Shown here: positions 60,547 to 64,000 of the stretch, piece after piece
How positions within the stretch are numbered: position 1 is the stretch's first letter
Layout: the number at the start of each line of letters is the position of its first letter
Origin: Clostridia bacterium
Lineage (GTDB): Bacteria; Bacillota; Clostridia; TANB77; CAG-465
Direction of reading: 5' to 3'
DNA length: 64,000 nucleotides
NCBI GenBank assembly: GCA_028692955.1
Contig: JAQUWH010000001.1
Location: 65,496 to 129,495, forward strand
The notes under the pieces: model-generated
What the model was told of the DNA's origin: nothing
Databases searched by the model: none
The model's input: only the letters and a program-made list of their open reading frames with translations
Position numbers and translations under genes: made by a program

Positions 60547-61347
60547 ATGGATATTTTTGAAAAATTAGATGATACTGTTATTGAAAAAATAGAGAAGATA
60601 AAAGAAGAGATTAAAACTGATCAAAAAGAGGTTTATGCTATATTACTAGAAATCACAAGAAGCTTTTCAGATGCTAAAAAAGATAAGAAATACAGAGACT
60701 CATTGTTTGAGAGAATTGATTTATTAAATATTATTATAAAAGAAAATAATAGAAAAATAAATGATTTGAAAAATGGTGAATATAGAGATAACTTTAATCA
60801 TTTTCCAAAAGAAGTCACAAATAATATAGAAGAAAAAATAGAAAATAAAGAGGTAAGGCAAGAAGTAGCAGAAGAAATTATAGAAGAAGATGCGCTTGAA
60901 GAAACTATTACCGAGATAGAAAATATATCGAATGAATTAAAAGAACTTGAATTATTACAACATGATGAAGAACCAAATGGTGATGATGTTGTCGAAGAAC
61001 TAGTAGAAATAGAAGAATGTGAATTGCCTATTGATGATATAAAAGATAATACTGAGAGTAATCACATAGAAGAAAAAGAGGGGAAATTTGAAGAAATAAA
61101 CAATGAAAAAGAATTTGACCTAAAAAAAGAATTAGAAGAAATTGTAAAAGAAGTTAATGTAGGAATTAATGATGATGATATCATTGAGAGAGTTCCTGTA
61201 TTGTTTAGCACGAGCATCTATACAACTACTAGACCTAGAAGAGCAAATAGACAAGAAACTGGTTTAATGGTAAAAGAAGAAAAAGAAGGCTTTTCTGAAA
61301 GATTAAAAGGAGTATTGAATAGAATCAAAAGACTTATTATAAAATAA
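60547..61347 (+). CDS. Highly acidic Glu-rich hypothetical protein
   Basis: Low-complexity E/K/I-rich ORF with a conserved-looking basic tail (RLKGVLNRIKRLIIK). Confidence 0.45.
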   Translation: MDIFEKLDDTVIEKIEKIKEEIKTDQKEVYAILLEITRSFSDAKKDKKYRDSLFERIDLLNIIIKENNRKINDLKNGEYRDNFNHFPKEVTNNIEEKIENKEVRQEVAEEIIEEDALEETITEIENISNELKELELLQHDEEPNGDDVVEELVEIEECELPIDDIKDNTESNHIEEKEGKFEEINNEKEFDLKKELEEIVKEVNVGINDDDIIERVPVLFSTSIYTTTRPRRANRQETGLMVKEEKEGFSERLKGVLNRIKRLIIK

Positions 61348-61710
61348 AAAACAAAAAAATGTCTAGAAAGATATCACTAGGCATTTTTTGCATAAAAAAG
61401 ATAGTGTAACAATATGATGATAAAACCCTTTATATAAAGGTGGGTATCACGTCATAACCATTAGGATTCTCTAATGAAAGAGCCTTCGACACCGGTTATA
61501 GGATCTAGATTCCCGTTCAAAATTCTTGTAGATTTTCATATAGATTGTTACTCTATCTATTTATATTTTACCACTAAATATTATAAAAGTAAAGTTTCCT
61601 TTCTATATTTCACAATAGTTTCACAGTTCTACTAACAAGTACAAGAATGACAGGCAAGAAGAATTAAGATTACGCATACAACTGTATTAAAGAATGCAGG
61701 AGGAATGCTT

Positions 61711-62403
61711 ATGTTTAATCTTTTAAGTAGTTTATTTTCACATATATTATTACTTTTTGGCTATATATCAAATAACAATTTATTTCCAGAGCCGCTTAGT
61801 AAAACAGAAGAAGAATATTATATTAGAAAATATCTTGACGGAGATAAAGGGGCAAAGAATAAATTAATAGAACATAACTTAAGATTAGTTGCACATATTG
61901 CAAAAAAATATTCAAATAATGAACAAGATATGGAAGATTTAATTTCTATTGGAACAATAGGACTTATCAAAGCGATTAACAGTTTTAGTAGTGAGAAGAA
62001 CTTTAAAATTAGCACATATGCAAGTAGATGTATAGAAAATGAAGTATTGATGCATCTACGTGCCACTAAAAAAACTAAATCTGAAGTATCCATGAATACT
62101 ATTATAGGGACAGACAAAGATGGCAATGATATGGAACTTGCTGAAACATTGGATTCTAATACAAAAGATGCAATTGACACTATCTATAACAAAGTGGTAG
62201 CAAAGCAAGTGGTAGATTTCATCAATCATGATTTACCAAAAAGAGAAAAATATATTATGGAATTAAGATATGGACTAAATGGTTTAACACCTAAAACACA
62301 ACAACAGATAGCCGATGAACTGGGGATATCACGTTCGTATGTATCAAGAATTGAAACTAAAGTTCAAGGTAAATTAAAAAAGCATATTAAATATGAGGAA
62401 TAA
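61711..62403 (+). CDS. sigK: Pro-sigma-K sporulation sigma factor, uninterrupted
   Basis: Near-identical motif order to Bacillus SigK (NNLFPEPLS...LIEHNLRLVAHIAKKY...DLISIGTIGLIKAI...RCIENEVLMHLRA...ISRSYVSRIE) with a hydrophobic pro-sequence. Confidence 0.85.
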   Translation: MFNLLSSLFSHILLLFGYISNNNLFPEPLSKTEEEYYIRKYLDGDKGAKNKLIEHNLRLVAHIAKKYSNNEQDMEDLISIGTIGLIKAINSFSSEKNFKISTYASRCIENEVLMHLRATKKTKSEVSMNTIIGTDKDGNDMELAETLDSNTKDAIDTIYNKVVAKQVVDFINHDLPKREKYIMELRYGLNGLTPKTQQQIADELGISRSYVSRIETKVQGKLKKHIKYEE

Positions 62404-62760
62404 CAAAAATAGAGGTAGCACTGAATGCTATCTCTGTCTTTTTTCGATAAATCAACTAAACTAGAGAGTTCTTTTGAAGTGGGCACTTTATCTGAAAGCA
62501 TTTGGCATTCAAAATAAGAATTCTAATAATTTTTACTAATCACTTTTAAAAAAACATATAAGCTAATAGGCAATTGAACTGCAGAAAAAAGTGGTGTGTC
62601 AGATGTAGAATTTTTTTGACAATCATAAAAATTTTCAAAGGTTCATTTACGATAAGAACAGTAAGCAACATTACATCACATTCCTTAAATTATTAATAGG
62701 GATATTATTATTAAGTCTAAAAAAGGAAAGGATCTATAATAAGATATTTTCATTTCTTGG

Positions 62761-63297
62761 TTAGTTTGCTACATCATCCATATATTTTTCCAGAATACAA
62801 TAAAACTTTTCTGTATCTTCATCTGAATTTTCAATATCAAGGATAATCGGGACACCAAAGAATTCCATGTTATTTTCCATTTTTATTTTCACTTCATCTG
62901 AAGGTTCGTTTATTTGCTTTAGTTCTATTGCTATATATGCTTTTGTTATTTTTTCTTTTTTAGTTTCAAACTCTTTACGAATTAGTTGAATTGATTTGAT
63001 GTTTTCCCAGGGCATAAAAGCTACAATAGAATAAGTGGTATTATCATATATTCCCTCTTTATTTATCGTTATTAATGTTTTTGGTTTTCGATATTGAATA
63101 AATAGATTAATTATATTGTAGCCAAAAACAAATATAAATATACTAGCCATGACTTTTGCAATAATTGTTAAAAAATGAAAATACAAAAGGTTGGCAAATA
63201 TGAACATTAAAACTGCTATGATAATTATTATACTATTATATGTGATTAAAAAAAGTATCTTTTTTTTACTTTGTACTATTTTTATTTCTTCTTCCAT
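62761..63297 (-). CDS. Membrane hypothetical protein
   Basis: Two or three TM helices then a soluble C-terminal domain. Confidence 0.45.
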   Translation of the reverse strand: MEEEIKIVQSKKKILFLITYNSIIIIIAVLMFIFANLLYFHFLTIIAKVMASIFIFVFGYNIINLFIQYRKPKTLITINKEGIYDNTTYSIVAFMPWENIKSIQLIRKEFETKKEKITKAYIAIELKQINEPSDEVKIKMENNMEFFGVPIILDIENSDEDTEKFYCILEKYMDDVAN

Positions 63298-63408
63298 GAA
63301 ATAAACACCTACCGATGATTATTATATCATAAATAAAAAATAAAATAAACATAGCTAGCTATAGCAAATAGAATGTGGTATAATAAATGTGATAGTACAG
63401 AGGTTTGA

Positions 63409-64000
63409 GATGAAAAAGAAAAACGTAGTTAGTCTTATTATTGTTGTTTTAATTGGTATAGGCATTGTGTTTAGTGGCAAAATGATTGTAGATAAATCAA
63501 GTGAAGTTGTTAATGCAAATGATCTTGAAAATGAAATAGGAACAACATTAGATGAAAATGGTGATATACTTGAAATTCATTACATCGATGTCGGACAAGG
63601 AGATGCTACTCTTATTGTACAAGGTGAACATGCGATGTTGATTGATGCTGGTACGAATGACTCTTATTTGACACTCGAAAAATACTTAAAAGAACAGGGT
63701 ATTAGTAAATTTGATTATATTATTGGTACACATCCACACGAAGATCATATTGGTGGCATGGATAAAATTATTAAAAGTTTCGATGAAGATAAAATATTAT
63801 TTCCAAAAATCACTTCAACAACGAAGACGTTTGAAAACTTTGTCAATGCGGTAAAAAGCAAAAATAAGAAGTTGACAACACCTGTTGTTCACGATAAATA
63901 TGCATTGGGCAACGCTAGCTTTGAAATATTAGCACCTAATTCTGAAAAATATGAAGGACTTAACAATTATTCTATAGTGATTAGAATTACATTTGAAAAT
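63409..64000 (+). CDS. Membrane-anchored MBL-fold hydrolase (ComEC C-terminal-domain-like), truncated by the window end
   Basis: RBS then MKKKNVVSLIIVVLIGIG. MBL motifs HYIDVGQGDATLI and GTHPHEDHIGG. No stop before position 64000. Confidence 0.55.

Overview
This is an AT-rich (roughly 27-30% GC) chromosomal segment from a low-GC Gram-positive bacterium. The gene content looks like Clostridium: intact pro-sigma-K, SpoIID-like and YabE-like cell-wall proteins, VanW/G5 proteins, and TcpA/VirD4-like coupling proteins. Most of the window is housekeeping backbone with the gene order usually seen near the replication origin in Firmicutes. That backbone includes rsmA/ksgA, gyrA, RNase P RNA, small SRP RNA-dnaX-ybaB-recR, murI, a WalRK-like two-component system, tatD, acpS-metG, lepB, holB-yaaT(ricT), ferredoxin, a T-box leader upstream of valS, tyrS, sufC/sufBD, tcdA and sigK. 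I found five tRNA genes: a Lys-Glu-Thr operon, tRNA-Pro, and a standalone tRNA-Glu with an unusual CUC anticodon. Several accessory patches sit between the housekeeping genes. (1) An MFS transporter next to an operon of two unrelated amide ligases (sugar-transfer-type ATP-grasp plus CofE-like). (2) A decayed conjugative-element fragment: a T4CP gene broken by two frameshifts in poly-A tracts, followed by small T4SS-like membrane proteins and two paralogous anchored proteins. (3) A DnaD-like/DnaI-like replication pair. (4) Two tandem Stealth-family paralogs. (5) A second, intact but orphan VirD4-like coupling protein in its own four-gene cassette. (6) A small patch with a foreign-codon gene and a cysteine-containing micro-ORF beside the tRNA-Glu(CUC). 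I saw no CRISPR array, rRNA, transposase or integrase. Many short antisense ORFs in the six-frame track lie inside conserved genes and are treated as spurious.
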